Origin: Lama guanicoe
Taxonomy: Eukaryota
Reading direction: 5' to 3'
NCBI GenBank assembly: GCA_013239625.1
Contig: MU053559.1
Coordinates: 682,001-746,000 of the forward strand
DNA length: 64,000 nt
In this document: positions 27,198 through 39,320 of the stretch, one piece after another
Layout of the letters: every line of letters begins with the position of its first letter
How positions within the stretch are numbered: position 1 is the first letter of the stretch
Notes under the pieces: model-generated
What the model saw: only the letters and a program-made list of their open reading frames with translations
What the model was told of the DNA's origin: nothing
Databases searched by the model: none
Translations under genes and position numbers: made by a program

Positions 27198-27648
27198 TGT
27201 TGGCGGACAAGGCGGGCCGGTACTGCGGGTGGTAAAAGAATTTACTAAAGACAAAGAATGAAAATAGAAAGGGATTTATTAGGCAGTGCTGCCATAGACA
27301 ACAGCCAGCCACATAGATGAGCAGGCCAACAATCGAGGGTCAGTTGTTGGGGTCTTTTATAAGATGGAGTCACAAAGTGCCTGACTGGCTTGTGCGCAAG
27401 TCTCTGATTGGTTGTAGGTGAGGTAAGAAGTTTAGGGTCCATGAAGGGTGGTAGGGTTATGACTCTGAAAAAGTGGGCTGAAACAAACCAGCCTGAGCCA
27501 TTGTGAAATTAGGCATTACCTAAGGCTATTAGTTTGTTAGGGCAAACATGCCCAGAACGTACGTTATCTGTTGAGGGATCACAGGTAGACATCTGAGAGC
27601 CCAGGAATGTGGGCTGTTGGACTTTGAAGGACATCAGTTGGCCCCACA
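27198..27648 (-). mobile_element. Solo LTR (ERV1-like, 451 bp), same orientation as SPACA5
   Basis: TG...CA termini with TSD AGCAC (27193-27197 and 27649-27653). Minus-strand CCAAT (27410-27406), TATAAAA (27361-27355) and AATAAA (27280-27275). Confidence 0.9.
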
Positions 27649-28917
27649 AGCACCTCCTTCACGTCTCTTCACTTAGTGTGCCCTATTCAGCCCTCATATA
27701 CTGGAATCTGACCCATGTTACCCCATTTAATCAGACCCTGCACCACATTCCATATTACACATTCTCTATTACATGTACATATTCACTCTACTGCTTTTTC
27801 ACCCTGATTCTCACTTTACCTTTTATTTCCCCATCCATTTGCACTGCCTCTTATCCACTTGTATTCAGTCACCCTGGGCCTCATGTTACTGCAGTTCCCT
27901 AATCCTCTATTTCTCATTACCCAAGTTCTTTGACATCACATCCCTTCTTCACCTCCATTCGCTTCCACGCAGACTCTCGTTTCTGACTTTCACCTTCACT
28001 TCCTGACACCGCATCACATGACTCCCATCTGCTCTCACGTGGCCCATTCTTCTGCTTTGTCCATTGACTCTGGGCCTCATTCTCTCCTTCATACACTCTC
28101 TTTCTGCCCCTGTATTCTTTTCTCTCCAGTGCTGTCCCCGTATTACTTGCATTTCCTGAAACTGCCCTGTCTTACTCCCAAAATTACCCACAGAAACTCT
28201 GCTCGGTCACCTTCATTCTTTCTCAATCTTCTCTTCCTTGCCTCCATTTGCTCTCATTCTGCCTCAGTCATTTAAAGTCACTGCCAATATAAGCCCTGTT
28301 TCCACTCATCACTCCCGTTCTGCTCCTGATTCCTGTCCAGTTGCTCCCACTCCGCCTCACAGTACCCTCATTCAGTTACACTCTGCCTTGGATTTACCAC
28401 ATTTTGCTGACAGTGGACCCCATGTCCCCCCACTTTACTCACTATGGGCCATGTGACCTTCATCCCCTCTCCCTTGGCCTCACAACACCCGATTACCCAT
28501 CTGCTTTTGACTTCCATCCCCTCTCACTCTGCCCACTGTTACCTCCATTCATGCATATTCTTCAGCTCATTCACCCTGGCTGATTCCCACTGGGATCCCC
28601 GCACATTTCTGGAACGCTGTCCCGCATTCCTGGATCTGATCCCAGTCTGCTCCACATTTGCTTCCGGTCACTCTCATTCTTCATAGTATCCCCACTCAAA
28701 CAAACTCAACCCGATTCACCTATTCACATTCTACCGCATCTTCATTTCCATTTCCTCTTCTGTCCCTTGTGCCCCACATTCTTCCCTCTGCGCCTCACAT
28801 TACCTCCATTCACTCCTACTCTCCCCCTAAATTCGCTTCTCCTTACTCATACCGTGCCCCATAAACCATCACTCATTTACACTCTAATCCTTAATACTCA
28901 TATCAACTTGCACTCTA

Positions 28918-29019
28918 TGTATAGTTTGTTCTTTTTTGTTTTAGTGGAGATACTGGGGATTGAACCTAGGACCTCGTGCATGCTAAGCATGTACTCTACC
29001 ACTGAGCTATAACTCCCCC
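28918..29019 (-). mobile_element. Vic-1-like SINE with 15-bp TSD
   Basis: TSD TCAACTTGCACTCTA at 28903-28917 and 29020-29034. Confidence 0.9.
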
Positions 29020-30720
29020 TCAACTTGCACTCTAATGCTTCCATTCACGTTCACCACCGTTCATTGCCCCATTCACTCACAGTCTGCTCCCAAAGTCACA
29101 TTCTGTCACTTAGACTGTGTCTTATTTCCCCATCATCTACTCAGTCTCATCCATAATCTTAAATTAATTCAAAATCAAATACCTAGTCACTCCCTCATTC
29201 TGCCCCACATTGCCCACATTGACTCCGCTCTACTGCTTGTTCACCTCCCTGCCATCACCTAAGTCTCTCCTTGCCCCCATTCATTCCCAATTTGTCCTTC
29301 ATTCACCATTATGCACCACCCCACCCCCAGCCCCCACTGGTCTCGTGTGTCTCCCGTTTAGTGACACATTGCCCAAGACAGAAAGGTCTGATGCATCATT
29401 CGGGATTCCATTGGGCTGCACATACCAACACCACCACAAATACCAGTTGCTTCAAGAGGATGGAAGGAGATTCCTCTCTTGGAAGCAGGTAGTTCAAAGC
29501 TAGAGTGGCAGCTCCAAGGTCATTGGAGAGCTGGCTCCTTCTGTGTTGTTGCCCTGCCAAACTCACCTGCTATTTCATGGTCCAAAATGATTGCTTACCA
29601 TTAGCAACACTTCCATAGTTTTGATAAAATGTATCTTAAGAGCAATTGTGATGACTCACCAGTGAGTTGATGGGGGGGTGGGGTGAACTTTGGGTGAGAG
29701 TGTCACATCGTGCAGATTCTGTGGTGGGACCAGCTACCTGTCAGCTTTCCACACCCCTTCACCTAGCTACCCGCTGCTTAGGCCACTGAATGAGTTTGCA
29801 CCTGTAGGGACCAATGGTAGAGGATGCCCAAGGACAGAGTGTGGGCGTCCTAACTCCACAGTAGAAAAGCTGGCCTCACATAGCTTTTACATATGCACTG
29901 TGATCCCTGGAGCAGTTTCTGGAGGACTGCATCACTGGCTCAGAAACACTTCTGGAGCTAGCAAGCACTGCACCCCAAACTCACCAACCCTAAGGGATTT
30001 CTCCCTTCACATAGGGCTGTGTGCATGTGTGTGTGTGTACAAGGTGGTGGTGGGGTGATGTTTATAGGCTGGAAGAGGCCAGACTGGCATGAGCCCTAAA
30101 GGTCCAGCCCCTACTATTTTCCACCTCCTAACACATTCAGAGAGATGACAAGTTTTTTACCCAAGAGGTGCAGATCCTTCAGGGAGCAAGAGACCTGAGT
30201 TACTTCCTTGCTTTCTCTCTTTGCTTTGTCTGCTTCTAATTGTACTTCTGATTTTAAAAATTCCTTGTCTAGTTTTAATGGTTCCGGAATGAGGACCCTC
30301 AGGTATTTTCTGGAAGTTCTATGGGATACTGAATAAACAAAAGAAGAATATTATTGGGTAGAAAAATTGAGGATCTGATCTTGGGAACATGTGTGACCTT
30401 GGGCAAGTTATTTAGTCTCTCTGGGACTCAGTTTCCTCACCTGACAAGAGAGGTGACCACAGGATTGCTGACAGAAAATGGGGACTCTCTGAGGCAGGTC
30501 ATGCCATGTGCTTCACCCAGTGCCCGGCACACAGGAGATACTGAGCTAGGTCTGAGCCTCCATTGTCACTTGCTGGGCCTACCGGCAGGAGCCTTCTCAC
30601 TGTTCTTCCTGTTTTCGCCCTTGCCCTCTGCGATCTGTTATCCACAGGTAGCCTGCAGGTCATCTTTTTATTTGTTTCCTTCTTATTTAAAAAAGTTTTG
30701 TACATATGCATGTCTAATTT

Positions 30721-30722
<2 letters not shown>

Positions 30723-30756
<34 letters not shown>
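30723..30756. repeat. (TAA)n microsatellite
   Basis: About 11 perfect TAA units. Confidence 0.95.
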
Positions 30757-30757
<1 letters not shown>

Positions 30758-31497
30758 TTCACTTACTACATGCCAGGCATTATTCTAAACCATTTACAAT
30801 GATCAGCTCATCTGTCACCACAGCCCTAATGAGGTAGGTGCTGTCATTATGCCCATTTTATAGGTGAGGAAATTTATCATATAGGAGTTAAGAGTCCTGC
30901 CGTAGATTACACAGCTGGTAGGCGCGAGTTTGAAACCAGGTTGTCTCCATCACGTTTGTTTGGTTGGTTCTGTTTTTGCCCCTCCTGTAGTCCCAATGGC
31001 TAGAACATTACCTGGCATACAGAAAGTGCTTAAGCAAACTCCTGCAGAACGCATGTTCTAGTGGCACAAGACAGGCAATAAACAAGATTCAAATATATGT
31101 GCATTTTTAAAGTTAATATATAATGCTAGATTGCTTCAGACCAGTCTTTTAAAAAATTGATTCCCCCTTACGGCGTCCCATTATGTCCAGAACAAAACAT
31201 GAGCTCTGTCCCTGGCAGAGGCCCTACAGCACCTGGCCCCCACTCTCTTTTCTCTTACCCGCAACTCCTACACACCCAACACATTGACACTGTTTCTGTT
31301 CCTCCAACACGGCAAACTAGGTCCTACTTCAGGGCCTTTGCAAGAGCCGTGCCCTCCACCACAAAACTCTTTGCTTCAGATATTTGGCTGGCTGGCTCCT
31401 TTTGGTCAGTGTAACTGCCCCCTCAACGAAAGGAGATCGTCTCTGCCCATCCTGAGAAAGCTATCCGTCAGCCAGTACTGAACACATCCCCTTCATC

Positions 31498-31535
31498 CGT
31501 GTGTGTGTGTGTGTGTCTGTGTCTGTGTGCGCGCA
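31498..31535. repeat. (TG)n-(CG)n alternating purine-pyrimidine tract upstream of the CpG island
   Basis: gtgtgtgtgtgtgtgtgtctgtgtctgtgtgcgcgca seen directly. Confidence 0.85.
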
Positions 31536-31849
31536 CGCCCTAGGTGGCCCTTTATTCTTCAGCTTCTTGTTTGTCGGCACACCCTCCTTCAAACGCTAGA
31601 CTGAAAACTCCCAGGCTCAGCCACTGGATGGAGCCAGTGACCTTTCCCTCTCTCCTAGCCTTTGTGCACGCAGAGCAATTCGGCCACGCATCTCGTCCTC
31701 CCGTTCAATTATACCTGCAAAACCTGCTGCCCTCCAAGTTCAAGACATCAAATTTCCCACTGCGAGCATTTTCCTTAATTGGGCACTTCTCCTCCCTGAC
31801 ATAAGGAAACCGGTCTTTGGAGTCTTAGGAATGACAGCCTCCGCAGATC

Positions 31850-32250
31850 AAAGGATACACCTGCTCTATGCGGCCGCACTCGAGGGGAAGAGACACGGTG
31901 GGCGTGGCCTTCTCTTCAGAGCAGTGACGTCACTGGAGCGGCCATCTTCCCTCCGCGCCTGCGCCGCAGCCCCACAGCGTTCGCGTCGGGCCGGCGGGAG
32001 GGGACCCCATGTTGACTATTGGCGGACGCGAGCTCAAAGCCCCCACTGAGCGTGCGCACACCGGGCCGCCGCAGCCCTGTGGGCTGAGGAGCCCGAGTTG
32101 GTCCCAAAGCGGAAGTGCTTTTCGGGGCCAGTTCTTGTCATGGTCTCCTCTGCAGCGAGCAGAAAATCTTGTCGAGAGAGAGGTTGAGGGGGGCGAGTGG
32201 TAGGGGCGATGGGCTGAGTGATGGGGAGTTCTGGGGGACGAGCGAAGCGG
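31850..32250. promoter_or_regulatory. CpG-island promoter of ZNF182, possibly bidirectional
   Basis: The main CpG-dense stretch of the window. Contains GC-box GGGCGTGG (31900-31907), full CRE TGACGTCA (31925-31932), YY1-like GGCCATCTT (about 31940-31948), inverted CCAAT (32018-32022), NRF1-like GCGTGCGCA (about 32050-32058) and ETS/GABP CGGAAGTG (32110-32117). Confidence 0.85.
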
Positions 32251-33529
32251 GTTTGTGGGGGTCACTGACGTGGGAGGTTTGGGGTGAGTGATGGTGGACC
32301 GAGAGGTCAGTGAATGAGGGTCTGTGGGCTCAATGGTAGACAAAGTTATGGGGCTAGTCAGGGTTGAATGGGGCTTATTAAACATTGACTTTTACACATT
32401 TTCCAGCACAGTGACCTGCGCTAAGGGTTCATACGCACCCCTTAAGCTCCTCCTTAGGCGCCCCCGCCTCTCCCTCTGTCCCTCTCCCCTTGCCCAAGCC
32501 CCGAGGTAGGGGCCTGGTGTGAATGCTCCAGCTGAAGTGAACCTGCACCCGAAGGCTTCCTTCTGGTTCCTGGGCAAGACGGCCCCAGTGAGGTGAGGAA
32601 AAGGAAGAAGAGGCACCTCAGAGAACTCACCTGACTAGGGGTCTCGCGCAGAGCTTGGGGCTTGGGAGGGGAGGGCAGGGTCTGGCATTGTGGGGGTCTG
32701 GGGGCGATCAGGCTTAAAACACACAGGATTAACAGCTTTAAGGTTCAATTTGGGGGGGCATTTAACAAGTAACACATTTGAACTATAGATTGATGAGAAA
32801 ATAGAGGAAAAGAAAAGAAAAAGGAACTGATTTTATCCCTCTACATTTAAATGTCCATTCTTAGACCTTTTTAAAAATGTGTATAATGGGTCTGAATTTT
32901 TAAACATGTAATGGATGGTTTTAAAATGGGTTCCTGCAGTTTTATAACCTACCAATTTTCATTTAGAAAGTTACTGCAATTCAGCTTGAAAGTTTTTTCC
33001 ATAACTTTTAAAAACCTGTATTTATAGATAATATGTACAGAAAACTATACAGATAATAAGTATACAGTACCATACAATATGGTTTTTAATAGCTACATAG
33101 AATTTAATCCCTTGTACTTCCTTATTAATTCCATATTATGGGTCATATAGGATCGTTTAAGTTTGGCATTGTTAAAGTCAGTGCTAAAATGAAGGTACTT
33201 ACAGGGAAATTATGTTTCATTATTTCCTTAAGGAAAATATCTAGAAATACAATTTCTGAGGCAGTACACAAGTATTCATAGGAAAAAAAAACCTTTTGTG
33301 TTAGATACTGACGTGAGGAAAAGACTCAAGAATCCACAAATGGTTGTTAAAACCACCTGCTTGCCCAAACTTCCACAGAGCGGCCTTCTGCCCAGCTAGT
33401 GTGAGGGGATTCCTAGGCAGATAATTCTGGGCACTGGAGGCCTGATGGGGTCTCTCATAAACTCTACATTTCTCCACTCTTTTAGCTCAACCTTCACTCA
33501 TCTCTGCCTTTTCCCAAGAAGAGCAGGAA

Positions 33530-33544
33530 ATGGCCGGACCCCAG
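33530..33544 (+). CDS. ZNF182: ZNF182 first coding exon (MAGPQ); whole exon probably 33486-33544
   Basis: TTTAG acceptor ending 33485, then ATG GCC GGA CCC CAG and a consensus GTAAGT donor. Phase 0 fits the KRAB-A exon; a typical 5-codon KRAB-ZNF start exon. Confidence 0.85.
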
Positions 33545-35118
33545 GTAAGTATGTTATTTGCTCCTTGTTTTACCACGCATGTGATGAATGATCTCAGGAA
33601 GGAATCTCAGACATAAAATAGAAAATTAGTTGTAAATAATTGTTAGGGAAAATGAGAGACATCAGCAAGGCCAAATTAGAATGTAGACATACGAAAGACT
33701 TGGGGTGTAGCAGATAGTTACACATGACAATATTAGTTGAGTTGCAAAATTCTCTTTGAGCCTCTGGCAGGCAGAGGTAATCTGACTCATTTTATTTATC
33801 AAAGAGCGAGAACACACCAAATCCTCAGGAAAGTAAAGTTTTCCTGCAGTTGCCTTCCAAGGCATTTCTTTGCTGAATCATTACATGTATGGTGGAATTG
33901 TCTTCAATCATAGCCTAACGAAGGTGCAGTCCCTGGTTTCCTGTGGCTATTTCTTATTGCATTCTTCAGTGAGCTGGAGATATAATGTCAAGATGGAATC
34001 AGGAATGAAATATCTTAGGGAACTTGCTTGTCTTTCAAACGATTTCCCTGAAGTGATTTTCTCAGTTGGACTTTTTGATTCTCATTTGGCCAACAGACAA
34101 AGTCCTGCAGGCACTCACTGCCCACTGTCTTTTTTATTTCACTTTAAAAACTGTTATTTTTTAAATTGGTGTGCAGTAAAATTGATTTTGTTGTCCAGTG
34201 TGATAAATATTAACACCTGCGTAGATTGTTATAACTAATCTATGGGCTGGAGAAGAGTTTCATCATGCCAAAAAACTGCGTCCTGCTGCCCCTTTGTCCT
34301 CCCCCACCTGAAACCTCAGGCAGCCACACATCTTTTCTGTCACTAGAGTTTTATCTTTTCAAGAGTGTCACACATTATGTAACTTTATTTTTTTTTAATT
34401 AAAATTTCTTTTGAGGTAATTGACTGACATGCCATTGTAAAAATAATACAGTGATCTCATGTATCCTTTACTCAGTTTCCATCCGTGATAACATATTGCA
34501 AAATTATAGTACAATGGCACAACCAGGATATCCACATTGATATGGTTAAGACACAGTTGCCCCAAGGATCTCTTATCCCTTATGTTGCTCTCTTATACCT
34601 GTATCCATCCATCCCTGCACCCCAATCCCATTCCAAGACTCCTAGCAACTACTAATCTGTTTCCATTTCTAGAATTTTGTCACTTCAGGAATGTGATATA
34701 AGTCAAATCATATAGTCTGTAACCTTTTGAGATTGGATTTTTTTTTTCACTCAATATGATTCCCTGGAGATTCAGCCATGTTGTTGTGTGTGTCAATAGT
34801 TCTTTCCTTCTTTATAGCTGAGTGGCACTCCATGGTACAGATGTACCACAGCTTATTTATCCATTTACCTGTTGAAAGACATTTGAATGATTTTCAGTGT
34901 TTAAACATTCACACACAGGTTTTTGTGTGAACATACGTTTTCATTTCTCTGGAGTAAATATTTGAGCATTGCTGGGTCATATGGTAAGTGCACAGTTTAA
35001 CTTTTTCAGAATCTGCCAAATGGTATTGCAGAATGGTTGAATTCTTTTTCATTTCCACCAGCAATGTATAAGAATTCCAGTTCCTTCACATTTTTGCCAA
35101 CACTTGATACTGTCAGTA

Positions 35119-35320
35119 CAGTTGACCCTTGAACAATGCTGGGCTTAGGGGCACTGACCCCCCACCTAGTAGTTGAAAATCCATCTACAATCTGCCTTCT
35201 GTATCTGCAGTTCCAAGTAACCACAGATCGTGTAGTACTGTAGTATGCATTTATTGAAAAAAAAATCCACAAATAAGTGGACCCTCACAGTTCAAACCTA
35301 TGTTGTTCAAGGGTCAACTG
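35119..35320. mobile_element. Tigger2-derived MITE (MER8-like)
   Basis: Terminal inverted repeats CAGTTGACCCTTGAACAA / TTGTTCAAGGGTCAACTG with TA on the left. Confidence 0.85.
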
Positions 35321-35370
35321 CATTTTAAATTTTAATTATTCTAGTTTATAGTGATCTCTCATGATGGTTT

Positions 35371-35500
35371 AATTTGTTTTGGTTTTTTAGGAGGTGGTTA
35401 TTAGGTTTATTTATTTATTTTTAATGGAGGTGCTGGGGACTGAACCCAGGACCTTGTGCATGCTAAGCACACACTTTACCACTGAGCTGTACCCTCCCCA
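35371..35500 (-). mobile_element. Vic-1-like SINE
   Basis: tRNA-like body flanked by TGATGGTTT repeats (35362-35370 and 35502-35510). Confidence 0.88.
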
Positions 35501-35899
35501 CTGATGGTTTTACTTTGTATTTCCCTAATGGCTAATGATGTTGAGTATCTTTATGTATGCTTATTTATTTTTGCATATCCTCTTTGGTAAAGTGTCCAGT
35601 CAAGTCTTCTGCCCATTTTAAATTGGATTGTTTGTTTTCTCACTGTTGAGTTTTGAGAGTTCTCTGTGTATTCTGTGCATAAGTCTTGTCACATAGCGTT
35701 GCTTGTAAATATTTTCTCCAAGTGTGTGGCTTGTCTTTTCATTCACTTAATAGTCTGGTTCACAGAGCGAGAATTTTTAATTTTGAAAATGTCCAGTTTA
35801 TAAACTATTAACTTTATGGATTGTGCTTTCCATGTCAGGTCTAGGAGTTGCTTGCCTAACTCTAGGTGAAATGGAAAAACTCTAGTCTTCTACCTCCTA

Positions 35900-38497
35900 T
35901 GTAGAGAAAAACCCCGTTCTTTCCTACTGTGTCCCTCCTATGAGTCTTCCTTTGCTCTGACTTGGAACAGTTCACTTCTGAGATTTCTGGTTGCCAAATG
36001 TGTGGAAGTTTCCCCCACAGCAGATTCTCTGTGACACCTGCTGGTTGTTCTGCGGCTTACCGTAGTTCTGAGGCTGTCTGCCTGGAGATTGTGTCAGATC
36101 CCACAGGTTAAGGGCTCAGTTCCACAAGACTGCCCCTACCTCCCAACATAAGACACCAGTCCAAAGGTTAGTGCTTAGTACCTGTGCTTCTGACCACCCA
36201 GCTGTTGATCAGAGGTTCCAGTGACCTCCTCTTTGGGGTCAATTAATTTGCTAGAGTAGCTCACAGAACTCAGGGAAACACCTTCCCAGTTTATTAAAGG
36301 ATATGATAAAGGATACAGATGAACATCCAGATGGCAGATGCGTAAGGGCAAAGAATATGGGAAGGGGTGTGGAGCTTCCATACCCTCTCCAGGCCCAGGT
36401 GTGTCACTCTCCTAGTGCCTCCACGTGCTTACCAGTTCGGAAGCTCTCGGAGCCTAGTCCTTCATGTTTCTCTTATTGTTTTTAAGTGAAAGCAGGTTTA
36501 TTTAGGGAGATACACCCTCCATAGACAGAGTGCGGGCCGTCTCAGAAGGCAATAGAGAGTGACCATGAGGTATGGAGTTGTTAGGTTTTATGGGCTCAGT
36601 CATTTCATATGCTAATGAGTAGGAGGATTATTCCAACTACTTCGGGGAAGGGGCGGGGATTTCCAGGAATCAGGCCCCTGCCCACTTTTTGACCTTTTAT
36701 GTTCATCCTAGGAACTGTCATGGCACCTGTGGGTGTGCCATGAGGCTCAAAGCCTTTGGCATGATTGATGAATTCATCGGCCATTGGCTTTTTTTTAAAT
36801 TGAAGTATAGCTGATTTAAAAGTTGTGTTAGTTTCTGGTGTACAGCACAGTGACTCAGTTATACATATTTATATACGTGTATATATTCTTTTTCATAATA
36901 GATTATTACAAGCTATTGAATATAGTGCCCTGTGTCCTACAGTAGGACCTTGTTATTTATCTATTTTGTATATAGTAGTTTGTATCTGCTAATCCCAAAC
37001 TCCTAATTCATCCCTCCCCCCTTCCTCTTTGGTAACAGTAAGTTTGTTTTCTATGTCTATAAGTCTATTTCTGTTTTGTAAATAAGTTCATTTGTGTCAT
37101 TTTTTAGATTCCACATATAAGTGATATCATATGATACTTGTCTTTCTCTGATTTACTTCACTTCAGATGATACTCTTATGTTGCTGCAAATGGCATCATT
37201 TCATACTTCTTATGGCTGAGTAGTATTCCATTGTGTGAAATACTACTACACACACACCACAATTTCTTTATCCAGTCATCTGTTGATAGACATTTAGGTT
37301 GCTTCCATGTACTGGCTATTGTAAATAGTGCTGCTATGAACATTGGGGTGCATGTATCTTTTCAAATTAGAGTTTCCTCTGGATATATGCCCAGGAGTGG
37401 GGTTGCTGGATCATGTGGTAACTCTAGTTTTTGTTTCTTAAGGACTTGCCATACTGTTTTCCATGGTGGATGCACCAAAGTACATTTCCACCAACAGTGT
37501 AGGAGGGTTCCCTTTTCTCCACACCCTCTCCTGCATTTATTGTTTGTAGACTTTTGAATGATGGCCACTCTGACCTGTGTGAGGTGAAACCTCATTGTAG
37601 TTTTGATTTTTATTTCTGATAATTAGCGATATTGAGCATCTTTTCATGTGCCTGTTGGCCATCTGTATGTCTTCATTGGAGAAATATCTCTTTAGGTCTT
37701 CTGCCCATTTTTTGATTGGGTTGTTTGGTTTTTTGTTATTGAGTTATATGAGCTGTTTGAATATTCTGGAAGTTAAGCCCTTTTCAGTGACATTATTTGC
37801 AAATATTTTCTCCCAGTCAGTAGGTAGTAGGTCTTTTCATTTTGTTTATGGTTTCCTTTGCTGTGCAAAAGCTTATAAGTTTAATTAGGTCCCATTTGTT
37901 TATTTTTGCTTTTATTTCTATTGCCTTGGTAGACTGTCCTAGGAAAACATTGCTATGATTTATGTCAGAGAATGTTTTGCCTATGTTTTCTTCTAAATTT
38001 ATGATGTCCTGTCTTATGTTTAAGTCTTTAAGCCATTTTGAGTTTATTTTTGTGTGTATAGTGTGAGGGAGTATAGTATATTTTTTGTATAGTGTAACTT
38101 CATTGATTTACATGTGGCTGTCCAGTTTTCCCAATACCACTTGCTAAAGAGACTGTCTTTTCTCCATTGTGTGTTCTTGCCTCCTTTGTCAAAGATTAAT
38201 TGACCACAGGTGTGTGGGTGGCTATTGGCTTTTGATTCAACTTCCAGCCCCTCACCTTCTTGACGCTGGAGGGTGGGACCAAAAGTTCCAACCCTCTAAT
38301 CACACACATGGTTGGTTCTCCTGACAGCCAGCCCATGTCCTTAGGTGGGATCCTAAAGTCATCTCATTAACATGACAAAAGAGACCTTTATAGCTCTTAG
38401 CACTTAAGAAACTTAGAGGGTTTCAGGAGCTTCTCTCTGCCAGAAATGGGAAGTTAAAACCAAAAATATATTTCTTATTATAAATCAATATCCACTA
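35900..38497. mobile_element. MER21-like LTR interrupted by a second LTR fragment (about 36480-36760) and a younger L1 (about 36793-38218)
   Basis: GTCAGATCCCACAGGTTAAGGGCTCAGTTCCACAAGACTGCCC MER21-type motif; the L1 is flanked by GGC(C/T)ATTGGCTTT repeats. Confidence 0.7.
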
Positions 38498-39126
38498 TGT
38501 CATGAAGATTTTCTCCTATTTCTTCTATAAGTTTTATAGTTTTAAGTTTACATGTAGACGTAAGATCCATTTTGCATTAATTTTTATATAAGGTGTAAGG
38601 ATTAGGTCAAGGTTCATAATTTTGCAAATGGATTTCTGTTTGTTCTAACTCCATTTGTTGAAAGGACCATCTTTTCTCCATTGAATTGATTTTGTGGTTT
38701 TATCAAAAGTCAGTTGGCCATATTTGTGGAGTCTATTTCTGGTCTCTGTTCTGTTTATCTATGTATCTGACCCTCCACCAGTACCACGCTGTCTTCATTA
38801 TTGCAGCTTTATCATAAGTCTTGAAATCAGGTAGCGTGATTTCTCCAACTTGTTCTACTTTTTCAAAATTGTCTGGCCATTCTTGTTCCCTTGTCTTTAT
38901 ATATAAATTTTAGGATAATCTTGTTTACATATCTAAAAATGATCTTGCTAGGATTTTGATAGGAATTGACTTATACCTGTAGATCAGTTTGGGGAGAATT
39001 GGTAGTTTTTTTTTTATGTTGTGTCTTATAATCCATGAACACAGTATCCTTTTACATTTATTTAGATCTTCTTTTATTTACTTCATCAACATTTTATAAT
39101 TTTCAACATACAGATCCTATAAATGT

Positions 39127-39320
39127 GTATTAGTCTGCTCAGGCTGCCATAACAAAATGCCACAAACTAAGTAGATTAAACAACAGAAATTTATTTTCTC
39201 ACAGTTCTGGAGCTTAGAAGTCCCAGATCGGGGTTGATTTCTGGTGAGGCCTTTCTTCTTGGCTTGTAGACAGCTGCCTTCTCACTGTCCTCACATGGCC
39301 TTTAACTTTGTGCATCTGCA
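39127..39320. mobile_element. MaLR (MLT1-type) LTR fragment
   Basis: TGTATTAGTCTGCTCAGGCTGCCATAACAAAATGCCACA...TCTCACAGTTCTGGAG terminus. Confidence 0.8.
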
